The position numbers were made by a program, and so were the translations under genes. The notes beneath the pieces were generated by a model. It was given only the letters and a program-made list of their open reading frames with translations. It was not told the DNA's origin and ran no database searches. A stretch of DNA of 63,168 nucleotides from Nanobdellota archaeon (GTDB taxonomy: Archaea; Nanobdellota; Nanobdellia; SCGC-AAA011-G17; GW2011-AR18): NCBI GenBank assembly GCA_038046085.1, contig JBBSWW010000003.1:1-63168 (forward strand), given 5' to 3'. Of this stretch, positions 9,276 through 18,413 are shown piece after piece. Numbering within the stretch: position 1 is the first letter of the stretch; every line of letters starts with the position of its first letter.

Positions 9276-10465
9276 AGATAATAAAAGATTATTATAAACT
9301 AATAGAGAGCAATTTCAGGAATAAAAAACTGAGATCATTCTTGACAACATTAGGAATAATAATAGGGGTAGCATTAATAATAATCTTAATCTCATTAGGT
9401 CAGGGAATGCAGAATGCAATAAGCTACCAGTTCAATAAAATAGGAATAAAATCAATAAGAGTAGTAGCAGGAGATCTAAATGGTCCACCAAATGCGGCAT
9501 TTGGATTAAATAAAGATTTACAAGAACACATAGAAAGAGTAAGAGGTGTAGATTATGTAAACCCAGTAATAATAAATGATGGTATAATGACATTTGATAG
9601 TGAAGGAGCATTAGTAAGCGTATTTGGATATGATACAAAATTATCAGAAAAAGGATTTGCAGATACAGATGTAAAACTAGAAACAGGAAGATTCTTCACA
9701 CCAGGAGATAAAGACTCAATAATAATAGGAAATAATATCGCAATTAAATTATATAATAAAAAAATAAGAATAAAGAATAGTGTAGAAATAAATGGAAGAA
9801 AATTCAGAGTAATAGGAATATTTGAAAAAACAGGAACAGATGTAGATAATAATGTTTACATGCCATTAGATGTATCAAGAGAATTATTTGGTAATTCAGA
9901 CATAGTAAATGTATTCATAGTACAGATAAAAGATGGAATAAATATAGATGAAACTGCAAAAGGAATAGACAGAGAATTATTCAGGGTATTAAAAAACAAA
10001 GATGCGTATAAAGTCTTTACACCAGCACAATTAGTAAGTTATATACAAGACATATTAGGAGCAATTTCTGTATTTTTAACAGCAATAGCAGGAATATCAT
10101 TAATAGTAGGTGCAGTTGGAATAATGAATTCAATGTATACATCAGTATTAGAGAGAACAAGAGAGATAGGAGTAATGAAAGCAGTAGGAGCAAGAAGAAG
10201 AGATATATTACTATTATTTTTATTTGAAGCTGGATTAATAGGATTAGTAGGAGGAATAATAGGGATAGTAATTGGGATCATTGTTTCTTATGGAATAGGA
10301 TACTTATTATCTGGATTAGGATATGAACTAGTAAGGATAAGTGTCAGTATTAACTTAATATTAGGAGCATTATTGTTTAGTTTTATAGTAGGATTAATCT
10401 CAGGAGTATTACCAGCTTATAGAGGGAGTAGGATGCAGGCTGTAGAAGCATTAAGATATGAATAA
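9272..10465 (+). CDS. ABC transporter permease (MacB/FtsX family), paralog
   Basis: Same architecture as 8067..9275 (GIMNSMYTSVLERTREIGVMKAVGARRRDI). 4-nt overlap with the upstream gene. Confidence 0.85.
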   Translation: MKIIKDYYKLIESNFRNKKLRSFLTTLGIIIGVALIIILISLGQGMQNAISYQFNKIGIKSIRVVAGDLNGPPNAAFGLNKDLQEHIERVRGVDYVNPVIINDGIMTFDSEGALVSVFGYDTKLSEKGFADTDVKLETGRFFTPGDKDSIIIGNNIAIKLYNKKIRIKNSVEINGRKFRVIGIFEKTGTDVDNNVYMPLDVSRELFGNSDIVNVFIVQIKDGINIDETAKGIDRELFRVLKNKDAYKVFTPAQLVSYIQDILGAISVFLTAIAGISLIVGAVGIMNSMYTSVLERTREIGVMKAVGARRRDILLLFLFEAGLIGLVGGIIGIVIGIIVSYGIGYLLSGLGYELVRISVSINLILGALLFSFIVGLISGVLPAYRGSRMQAVEALRYE

Positions 10466-10496
10466 GCTTTTAAATTAATATCTGGATAAAATAATT

Positions 10497-11426
10497 ATGA
10501 AATACTTACTATTCTTAAATAAATTTGAATTAGATGTGAATGTATTAAAAAACAAGTTAAAAAATAAAGTAAATAATTTTACAGAAAGTGAAGGAAGATT
10601 AGTCATAGAATCAGATCAAGATATAAGTGAAGAACTAAAACAATTACATGAAGTAAAAAAATATTATATAATAAGCACAGAATGGAAAGACTTAGATTTC
10701 AAAAGACTAAAAGGAGATGCATTAAGAACAATAAAAAATTATAAAACATACATCATAGAAACTAAATTCATAGATAAAATGCCCATATCAGCAAAATCAG
10801 TATATAAACAGATAAATCCATACTTAAAATATGAAGGAATAACTGTAGATGAGAATAATCCAGAAGTTGTATTATATGTAGAATTTAAAAAAGAAAACGA
10901 TAAAAGGTACTATAGAGTATGTTATAATGAAAGACAGAAAATGGAAAAAATAAAACCAATAGAAATGGAATATAAAAACTTCTATGTAGTATTAGAAGAA
11001 CCAAGAATAGTAGAAGAGATAAGTGATTTCTTAAGATTATGCTGGATATTCAAGATGCCATTATACATAATAACAAAAAAACAAAATGAAGTAGAAAATG
11101 TGTTAAAAAAAGCAAAAGAGATAACAAAAGGAATAGTATATGAAGAAATGATAATAAAATACATACCATACTTATCAAAAGATTATATAAAAGTAGGATT
11201 TACAAAACACGCAACACAAAATGAGAAAGAACTAGTAAAATTCTTTGATAAAAATGATGAAGAAAAAATAATGCTAGTATTCGGAAATGATACATATGGA
11301 TTAAGCCAGGAAGTAAGAGATGATTTAGATCATTGCTTTAGATTAACACCAGAACTAAATAAACCATTAAAAGCTAATCAAGCATTAAGTTATGTATTAG
11401 GAATATTTACAGGAAGAAAAATTTAA
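10497..11426 (+). CDS. SPOUT-class (TrmH/SpoU-like) RNA methyltransferase with N-terminal THUMP-like extension
   Basis: C-terminal knot motifs LVFGNDTYGLSQEV and LNKPLKANQALSYVLGIF. The N-terminal 150 aa are of alpha/beta type. The THUMP assignment is inference. Confidence 0.6.
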   Translation: MKYLLFLNKFELDVNVLKNKLKNKVNNFTESEGRLVIESDQDISEELKQLHEVKKYYIISTEWKDLDFKRLKGDALRTIKNYKTYIIETKFIDKMPISAKSVYKQINPYLKYEGITVDENNPEVVLYVEFKKENDKRYYRVCYNERQKMEKIKPIEMEYKNFYVVLEEPRIVEEISDFLRLCWIFKMPLYIITKKQNEVENVLKKAKEITKGIVYEEMIIKYIPYLSKDYIKVGFTKHATQNEKELVKFFDKNDEEKIMLVFGNDTYGLSQEVRDDLDHCFRLTPELNKPLKANQALSYVLGIFTGRKI

Positions 11427-12259
11427 TCCTTAGAAATTCTTTTTCTTTTAACACTCTCAGATTGATCAAGATAATTTTCATTAGAAGTTATAGTTTTTCC
11501 TATCTCTTTTTCAGCTTCTTTTCTAGCATTTCCTGCAACTTTTCCACCTCTAATGGCTTTATCTTTACAATCATCAAAACCTTCAGCGTTCTCATTTTTT
11601 GTTATTTCGGTTGTAACTCTCTCACCTAACATTGTAAATATCAACTCTAAATCATTCATATGATCTCTAAGATTTTCTTTATTTAAATTCTTGAAACTTT
11701 TGTATTCTTCAACTGTTTTACCAAAAGTAGCTTTAGATATTTCATTAGTCAATATTGCAAATTCTACATCTTCTTTAACATCATGTTTTTTCCATTCATC
11801 TGTCAATTCTTGCCTAACTGCTATTCCACGAACTCTTTTCTCAATCCAATCATCAGAATAACCTTTAAGCCTGTATAACTCTTTCATTCTTTGTTGAGCG
11901 AGTTCTGGATCTGCAATTTCTTTAACTCTTTCATAACCGACCTGAGCAAGCCATAATTTGAAAGGTTCTGCTTTAGGGGATGTTATAGACTGAACTATAC
12001 GAAACGCTCCTTTTGTATTAGTACAATTCATATTTTGTTTACCACCAGAAGTATCAATAGGAAGGGTAGTGGCAATTTGCCCCCATCCTTTGGAAAGTTC
12101 TTCATCACGTCTTCTCATATCTTTAAGATAACCTTTAGGATCTTTAGAATCAATTAATACAAAAATAATATCCTCTATAACAAACCACCACTCATTATTA
12201 TGCCAAGTTTTCCTAATATTCTTACCTTCAAAAACTGAAATAGCATTATTCGAGTCCAT
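11423..12259 (-). CDS. Bro-N domain / DinD-like DNA-binding protein (phage antirepressor-type)
   Basis: N-terminus FEGKNIRKTWHNNEWWFVIEDI is Bro-N-like. The C-terminal half resembles E. coli DinD (LIFTMLGERVTTEI...GGKVAGNARKEAEKEIG). Mixed codon usage. Confidence 0.65.
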   Translation of the reverse strand: MDSNNAISVFEGKNIRKTWHNNEWWFVIEDIIFVLIDSKDPKGYLKDMRRRDEELSKGWGQIATTLPIDTSGGKQNMNCTNTKGAFRIVQSITSPKAEPFKLWLAQVGYERVKEIADPELAQQRMKELYRLKGYSDDWIEKRVRGIAVRQELTDEWKKHDVKEDVEFAILTNEISKATFGKTVEEYKSFKNLNKENLRDHMNDLELIFTMLGERVTTEITKNENAEGFDDCKDKAIRGGKVAGNARKEAEKEIGKTITSNENYLDQSESVKRKRISKD

Positions 12260-12364
12260 AAAATATAATAGAATTTATAATATATAAACCTGGCGAGTGT
12301 CTATGTCGTGTCCAGTGGAAAGAAGCTATTTTAAAGCATTTCCACAAGAAATTTTTTATAAAAA

Positions 12365-14137
12365 TTATTTCTTAACAACATCTAATTTCATATGAATATC
12401 TTTCAAGAACTCTGGAGTCCAATCCTGAGGAGAACTATCCATAGGATTTTCTGCAGATTTATTCTTAGGGAAAGCAATGACTTCACGGATATCATCAACA
12501 CCATTAAGCAAAGCACAGAATCTGTCAAAACCTAAAGCAAGACCACCATGAACTGGGGCTGAGTATTTGAAAGCATTAAGTAAAAAGTCAAACTTCTTTT
12601 CAGCTTCTTCATAAGTAAGACCAAGAACTTTAAGAGTCCTAATTTGAACATCTTTCTTATGAATCCTGATAGAACCTCCACCTAATTCAACTCCGTTAAG
12701 AACAACATCATAAGCTTTAGCACGAACTCTATAAGGATCTTTTTCTAAGTATTCAACATCTTCGTTCATAGGAGAGGTGAAAATATGATGACGAGCCTGC
12801 CATGAATTAGAATCTTCATTAAATTCAAATAATGGGAAATCAACAACCCAGCAGAACCTGAAATCATCTTTCTTCATCAAATTTAATTTTTTACCAATGT
12901 GAAGTCTTACTTGACCAAGACCAGTACAAGCTTTTTCAAATTCATCAGCAGCAAACAATAATAGATCTCCATCTTTAGAATTTGTAGATTTAATCAATTC
13001 CTTTTGAATATCATCAGAGATATACTTAACAATAGAACTCTCTAATTTATTACCTGCTATAACTTTAGCCCAAGCTAAACCTGGAAGTTTGTATAATTTA
13101 GCAACAGTAATAAGTTCTTCAATATCAGTCCTAGAGAATTTACCACAACCTGTAGCATTCAAACAATAAACAGAACCATATTTCTTATTCAAGACATTAG
13201 TGAAAACAGAGAAACTTGATTTCTTAACAATATCACTAACATTAACAAATTCTAAACCGAATCTTAAATCAGGCTTATCAGAACCATACTTAGACATAGC
13301 TTCATGGAAAGTAAGTCTCTGGAAAGGAGTTTTAATATCCTTATTAAGAACTTTCTTGAAAACATTCTTTATAAGACCTTCAACAATATTCTGGATATCT
13401 TCCTGTTCGATGAAAGACATCTCAAGATCAATTTGAGTAAACTCTGGTTGACGGTCAGCTCTTAAATCTTCATCTCTTAAACAACGAGCTAACTGGAAGT
13501 AACGATCACAACCAGCAACCATCAATAACTGCTTATACATTTGAGGAGATTCAGGAAGAGCATAAAACTTACCAGGATGAACTCTTGAAGGAACTTTGAA
13601 AACTCTAGCACCACCAGGAGTAGTCTTTACGAACATTGGGGTTTCTATTTCCATAAAATCTTGAGATGAAAGATATTCACGAGCAGCTTGAGCAGCTTTA
13701 TGTCTATTAAATAATCTATTCTGCATGACAGGACGTCTTAAATCCAAGTACCTATATTGTAATCTTAATTCTTCATTAATTTCAGCTCTATCATCAATCT
13801 CAAAAGGTGGAACTTCAGATTCGTTAATAATATTCAATGACTTACAATCAACTTCTATCTCACCAGTAACAATATGTTTATTCTCCATACCTTTTGGTCT
13901 AGTTCTTATTGAACCTGTAACCTGAATACACCATTCTCTTCTTAGCTTATCAGCATCAGGCATTTTGGTAGGATCTAATACTATTTGAGTAATACCATAT
14001 CTATCACGTAAATCTATAAAGATAATACCACCATGATCTCTCCTAGAAGCGACCCAACCACAAAGAATAGTTCCTTTCTCAATATCTTTAGAAGTTAGTT
14101 CCCCGCATGTGTGTGTTCTAAAACTAGTTTTTGACAT
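12365..14137 (-). CDS. aspS: aspartyl-tRNA synthetase, bacterial type with GAD insertion
   Basis: 590 aa. RTHTCGELT...CGWV..RRDHGGIIFIDLRDRYG, class II motif 2 FRDEDLRADRQPEFTQIDLEMSF, motif 3 GGLALGFDR, and an insertion of roughly 130 aa (PGLAWAKV...). Confidence 0.95.
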   Translation of the reverse strand: MSKTSFRTHTCGELTSKDIEKGTILCGWVASRRDHGGIIFIDLRDRYGITQIVLDPTKMPDADKLRREWCIQVTGSIRTRPKGMENKHIVTGEIEVDCKSLNIINESEVPPFEIDDRAEINEELRLQYRYLDLRRPVMQNRLFNRHKAAQAAREYLSSQDFMEIETPMFVKTTPGGARVFKVPSRVHPGKFYALPESPQMYKQLLMVAGCDRYFQLARCLRDEDLRADRQPEFTQIDLEMSFIEQEDIQNIVEGLIKNVFKKVLNKDIKTPFQRLTFHEAMSKYGSDKPDLRFGLEFVNVSDIVKKSSFSVFTNVLNKKYGSVYCLNATGCGKFSRTDIEELITVAKLYKLPGLAWAKVIAGNKLESSIVKYISDDIQKELIKSTNSKDGDLLLFAADEFEKACTGLGQVRLHIGKKLNLMKKDDFRFCWVVDFPLFEFNEDSNSWQARHHIFTSPMNEDVEYLEKDPYRVRAKAYDVVLNGVELGGGSIRIHKKDVQIRTLKVLGLTYEEAEKKFDFLLNAFKYSAPVHGGLALGFDRFCALLNGVDDIREVIAFPKNKSAENPMDSSPQDWTPEFLKDIHMKLDVVKK

Positions 14138-14244
14138 AAAAATAACGTTCTTAAAGAATTTATAAGGTTTATTGTTGGTTGTTTTTGTAAAATAATATAT
14201 TAATTGATAATAATTCTTAAATACTCAAAATTATTTGAGATAAT

Positions 14245-14778
14245 ATGAATAATATAGAATTTGAGATAAGAAGTTTTATTTCAAAAGATAAATACAATGA
14301 ATTAATAGAATTTTTCAAGAACAATGCAGAATTTTTGAATGAAGATTATCAAGAAACATATTACTTTGATACAAAAGAAGACCTAAGAATACAGAAAAAC
14401 AATTACTTCTCTAAAATCTGGATGAAGAAAGGAAAAATGCATGATGAACAAAGAGAAGAAATAGAAATAAAGTTTGAAAAAGAGGATTTTGAAAAACTAG
14501 AAAAAATGTTTACAAGCATAGGAATAAATGTAAATATAAAATGGTTCAGAACAAGACATAATTACAAATGGGATGATATAGTAGTATCAATAGATTATAC
14601 AAGAGGATATGGATATATAATAGAATTAGAAAAAATGAGCACAGAAGAGAATAAAACTAAAGTTTTAGAGGAATTAAAAAAACATTTCGAGATGTTAAAA
14701 ATACCATTAACTTCTAAAGAAGAATTTGACAACCAATTCAAGAATTATAAAGAGAACTGGAAGACATTAACTGCCTAG
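14245..14778 (+). CDS. CYTH domain protein (CyaB-like class IV cyclase / triphosphatase fold)
   Basis: IEFEIRSF (ExExK-type start), QETYYFD, DLRIQK, REEIEIKF, WFRTRHNYKW, SIDYTRGYGYIIELE. Confidence 0.7.
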   Translation: MNNIEFEIRSFISKDKYNELIEFFKNNAEFLNEDYQETYYFDTKEDLRIQKNNYFSKIWMKKGKMHDEQREEIEIKFEKEDFEKLEKMFTSIGINVNIKWFRTRHNYKWDDIVVSIDYTRGYGYIIELEKMSTEENKTKVLEELKKHFEMLKIPLTSKEEFDNQFKNYKENWKTLTA

Positions 14779-14812
14779 ATATACTTTTAAATATTTCCAA
14801 ATTTTACTTATC

Positions 14813-15400
14813 ATGGAAGATATACTATTTATTGTACATCCTTATACTTATAGAATTGATAATGATGGAGATGCAGCAATAACAGATCAATCTTCTGAAA
14901 TGGATTTTAAAATTGATTTACTTACAAAACAATTTTTTGAAAATAAAAATAGGGTTATAGTCTCATTTACTCATCATATTTTTAGTGAAATGTCTTTATT
15001 TGCCTTTTGTGAGGCATATGGCTTTATTTATGAGGATAATTTAGAGAAAATACTTATTCCAACAACTGGTGTTCCTTTAGGTACTAATAAACCTTTAAAT
15101 GTTGATGATGAAACATGGGCTAATTTAAGAATGGTTTATACTACAGAAGAAAAATTAAAAGATCTAGTCCCTTTTCATAGAGATGCTTATTTTATTGGTG
15201 GAATGTTGGAAGCTTGTGTTAGTAACTTTGCCATTTATTGGGATAAAAATCATAGAACCCAAAATAATAACTTGTTTTATATTCCTGAACTTTGTGTTTC
15301 ACAGAATGTTGAAGCTAGAATAAGGGCTGAAGATATTTTAAAGGAAAGAGATATTTTAGCATTGACATACGAAGAAGCAATGGAAAGACTAGCTAGATAA
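14813..15400 (+). CDS. hypothetical protein
   Basis: 195-aa ORF. FIGGMLEACV faintly recalls the isochorismatase-like G..T..CV motif. Codon usage (ATT/ACT/GGT/CCT) is opposite to other + strand genes. Confidence 0.5.
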   Translation: MEDILFIVHPYTYRIDNDGDAAITDQSSEMDFKIDLLTKQFFENKNRVIVSFTHHIFSEMSLFAFCEAYGFIYEDNLEKILIPTTGVPLGTNKPLNVDDETWANLRMVYTTEEKLKDLVPFHRDAYFIGGMLEACVSNFAIYWDKNHRTQNNNLFYIPELCVSQNVEARIRAEDILKERDILALTYEEAMERLAR

Positions 15401-15646
15401 CTTCTTTCTATAAGAAGAAAACCAATAATGAGAGTAAGCAGTATAACCTTCTAGTTCAAACATTATCACTTTATTACTTCCAATATAAGCATCTTTGATT
15501 TTCTTGACTGTATATTCTTTATTTGGAACTAATGGGTTAGATATAACTTTAGATAAACTCCTTATCTCCCAGGAATCTCTTACTTTAATTCTATCACCTT
15601 TAGAGATATTCAATGCATCCTCTAATCTTAATGATTTTTCTTCCAT
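15389..15646 (-). CDS. hypothetical small protein
   Basis: 85-aa ORF with no motif. Confidence 0.4.
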   Translation of the reverse strand: MEEKSLRLEDALNISKGDRIKVRDSWEIRSLSKVISNPLVPNKEYTVKKIKDAYIGSNKVIMFELEGYTAYSHYWFSSYRKKLSS

Positions 15647-15733
15647 AAAATCTACTATGAAACAGAATTAAAGAATCTTGAGAGGAAAAAACCGTAAAAA
15701 TCTTTATAAACATCGGAAATCCATAATAACTTA

Positions 15734-17083
15734 ATGGAAACTTTCTTGAAATATGCAGAAAAAAAGGGTTGTAATTATATAGAACTAAAAGAGTATTCTG
15801 GAAACAGGACAAGCATACAATTAGAGAATGAGAAAATAAAAGAATTATCAAAAGGAAATGCATTAATGTATGCAGCAAGAGTGATTTACAAGAACAAAGA
15901 GGGATTAGCTTATTCTAATAAGGAAAATTATAAAGAATTAATAGACAATGCAATAAAATTAGCTCATAAGAACAATAAGATAATAACAATAGATAAACTA
16001 CCAAAATTAAAAAAAGCAGTAAAGACAAAATTAAAGATAAATCCAGAAGATATAGACTTAGAAGAGAAGAAAAAAGATGTCATGAAACTAGATCTAAGAA
16101 AAGACTATAAGAAAATAAATTCATTAAGAGTAAATTATAGTGATAATAACAGAAAACTAAAGATAATTACTTCTGAAGGAAGAGAACTAACATGGAATGA
16201 TAATGTTGTAGGAATAGTATCAGTAGCATATGCAAAAGAGGGAAACAGACTAGAACAATTCTATAAATCAAAAATAAAACATCAAGGATACGAACTATTC
16301 AGGAAAGAGGCAACTGAACTAGTAAATAATTCAATGGAAATGGCAGAAAAGATGTTACAGTCTAAATTAGCTAAAGGAGGAAATTATCCAGTAATAATTG
16401 ATCAAGCATTAGGTGGAGTTTTTAGTCATGAAGCAGTAGGACATGGATGCGAGGCAGACAATGTATTACAAGGATCAACAGTAATGAATGAAAAGATAGG
16501 AAAACTAATAGCAAGTACTTCTGTAAATATAATAGATGATGGAAGTCTAGCAGATGGATATGGGTGGATAGCATTTGATGATGAAGGAGTTGAGGGACAG
16601 AAGACATATCTGATAAGAAACGGATTCTTAGAAGGGTATCTACATACAAGAGAGACAGCATCATTATTAAAAATGAAACCAACAGGAAATGGGAGAGCAG
16701 AGAGTCTAGGACATAGAGCAATACCAAGAATGACAAACACATATTTTGATAATGGAGATTCAAATTTCAATGAGATGTTGGGAAAAATAAAAGACGGATA
16801 TTACCTAAAAGGATCATCTGGCGGACAGGTAAACCCATCATCAGGAGAGTTCTTATTCAATGCACAATACGGATACAGAGTAGAGAACGGAGAAATAAAA
16901 GAACTAGTTAAGAATGTATCATTGACAGGAAATATATTAACAACATTAAAGAATATAAGTCTAGTAGGAAAAGATTTAGAATTCTCACAAGGAGTATGCG
17001 GAAAAGATGGACAGCATGCACCAGTAGGAGATGGAGCACCACATATAAAAATCGATAAAGCAAGATTAGGCGGGCAAGAATGA
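15734..17083 (+). CDS. tldD: TldD family metalloprotease
   Basis: HEAVGHGCEAD motif. 449 aa. Followed by a PmbA paralog with a 4-nt overlap. Confidence 0.85.
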   Translation: METFLKYAEKKGCNYIELKEYSGNRTSIQLENEKIKELSKGNALMYAARVIYKNKEGLAYSNKENYKELIDNAIKLAHKNNKIITIDKLPKLKKAVKTKLKINPEDIDLEEKKKDVMKLDLRKDYKKINSLRVNYSDNNRKLKIITSEGRELTWNDNVVGIVSVAYAKEGNRLEQFYKSKIKHQGYELFRKEATELVNNSMEMAEKMLQSKLAKGGNYPVIIDQALGGVFSHEAVGHGCEADNVLQGSTVMNEKIGKLIASTSVNIIDDGSLADGYGWIAFDDEGVEGQKTYLIRNGFLEGYLHTRETASLLKMKPTGNGRAESLGHRAIPRMTNTYFDNGDSNFNEMLGKIKDGYYLKGSSGGQVNPSSGEFLFNAQYGYRVENGEIKELVKNVSLTGNILTTLKNISLVGKDLEFSQGVCGKDGQHAPVGDGAPHIKIDKARLGGQE

Positions 17084-18381
17084 TAGAGAAAGTTGAGAGT
17101 TATATAAAGAAAAAAGGGATAGAAGAGTATGAAGTATTCTATGAAAGTTCAGAAAAGACAAGAGTGATATTACAAAGAGATAATATAGATTTCTTAAGCA
17201 AAGGATATGTAGATGGAATAGGAATAAGAGTATGCATAGACAAGAAACTAGGATTCAGCAGCACAATAGATCTAAAGAATTATGAGAAATGCGTAGATGA
17301 AGCAATAAAGATAGCTAAATTGAATAATAAAGATGAAAAATTCGTGAAATTCAATGATACAAAAATAAAATCAAAAAATAAAATCTTCTATGATAAGAAA
17401 TTAATGAGTAAAGATATAGAATACATGAATAAATATATCAAGGATTATATGAAAATAGTAAAAGATACAGATAAAGAGATAAAATTAAACGGAGGAGGAT
17501 TTGAGAAATCAACAAGAACTAAAAAGATAATAAACTCTGAAGGAATAAACCTAGAGAGCACTAATTGCAATAATACATTCTGGTGTGAACTAATGAAATC
17601 AAAAGAGAATACATTAGGATTTGGAGAGATGGAAAAAACATTACTGAAACCAGAAAAAGCAAAAGAACATATAAAAAGATTGTTAGAGTGCGAGAATAAA
17701 AATACGCCAGAAACACAAAATATAAACTTGGTATTACATCCAGAAGCATTCTCAGAATTATTAGGAGAGATATTCCTAGATGCAATAGATGCAGAAAGTG
17801 TGCAGTCAAAAAAATCAATATTACAGGATAAACTTAATAAGAAAATATTCCATAAAGATATAACAATAATAGATGACTCATTATCTAAAAACTTGATATT
17901 TTCAAGAGAATTCGATGATGAAGGAACAGCATCAAGAAAAACATCATTAGTAGAAAAAGGAGTATTGAAGAATTTCTTATATGATACATATCATGCAAAC
18001 ATAGATAAAGTAAAATCAACATCAAGTGCTTCAAGATCATATTCAAGCACACCATCAATATCTACAACAAATGTATTAATGAAAACTGGAAATAAAACAG
18101 AAGAAAAAATATTAAATTCTGTTGATAAATTAATATATGTAAAAAATCTAATAGGAACACATACAGTAGACAGCACAACAGGAGATTTCAGTTTGGGAGT
18201 AATGGAAGGGCATATCTATGAAAAAGGAGAGATGAAATATGCTGTAAAAGATACAATGATAGCAGGAAATTTCTATAAAATGATGAATGATATAATATCA
18301 ATAGGGAATAAACAGATACATACAGGAGGAACATATTTCCCAATAGTCTTATTAGGAAAAGTAAAAATGATAGGAAAGTAA
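17080..18381 (+). CDS. pmbA: PmbA/TldE family protein
   Basis: 433-aa paralog of TldD lacking the HExxxH motif, translationally coupled to tldD. C-terminal GDFSLGV...G motif. Confidence 0.8.
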   Translation: MIEKVESYIKKKGIEEYEVFYESSEKTRVILQRDNIDFLSKGYVDGIGIRVCIDKKLGFSSTIDLKNYEKCVDEAIKIAKLNNKDEKFVKFNDTKIKSKNKIFYDKKLMSKDIEYMNKYIKDYMKIVKDTDKEIKLNGGGFEKSTRTKKIINSEGINLESTNCNNTFWCELMKSKENTLGFGEMEKTLLKPEKAKEHIKRLLECENKNTPETQNINLVLHPEAFSELLGEIFLDAIDAESVQSKKSILQDKLNKKIFHKDITIIDDSLSKNLIFSREFDDEGTASRKTSLVEKGVLKNFLYDTYHANIDKVKSTSSASRSYSSTPSISTTNVLMKTGNKTEEKILNSVDKLIYVKNLIGTHTVDSTTGDFSLGVMEGHIYEKGEMKYAVKDTMIAGNFYKMMNDIISIGNKQIHTGGTYFPIVLLGKVKMIGK

Positions 18382-18413
18382 AGTTTTATTAACAGAATTT
18401 ATTTCTAAAGTTT

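Noticed and set aside
8931-10185. 41-nt identical stretch shared by the two permease genes (ggaataatgaattcaatgtatacatcagtattagagagaac), as possible gene conversion or a repeat element
   Set aside because: It encodes the most conserved FtsX motif (GIMNSMYTSVLERTR) in two paralogs that share the same extreme codon bias. Identity decays immediately outside the motif.
8810-10281. Minus-strand ORFs 8810..9052, 9432..9638 and 10039..10281
   Set aside because: They are antisense shadows inside the two FtsX permease genes.
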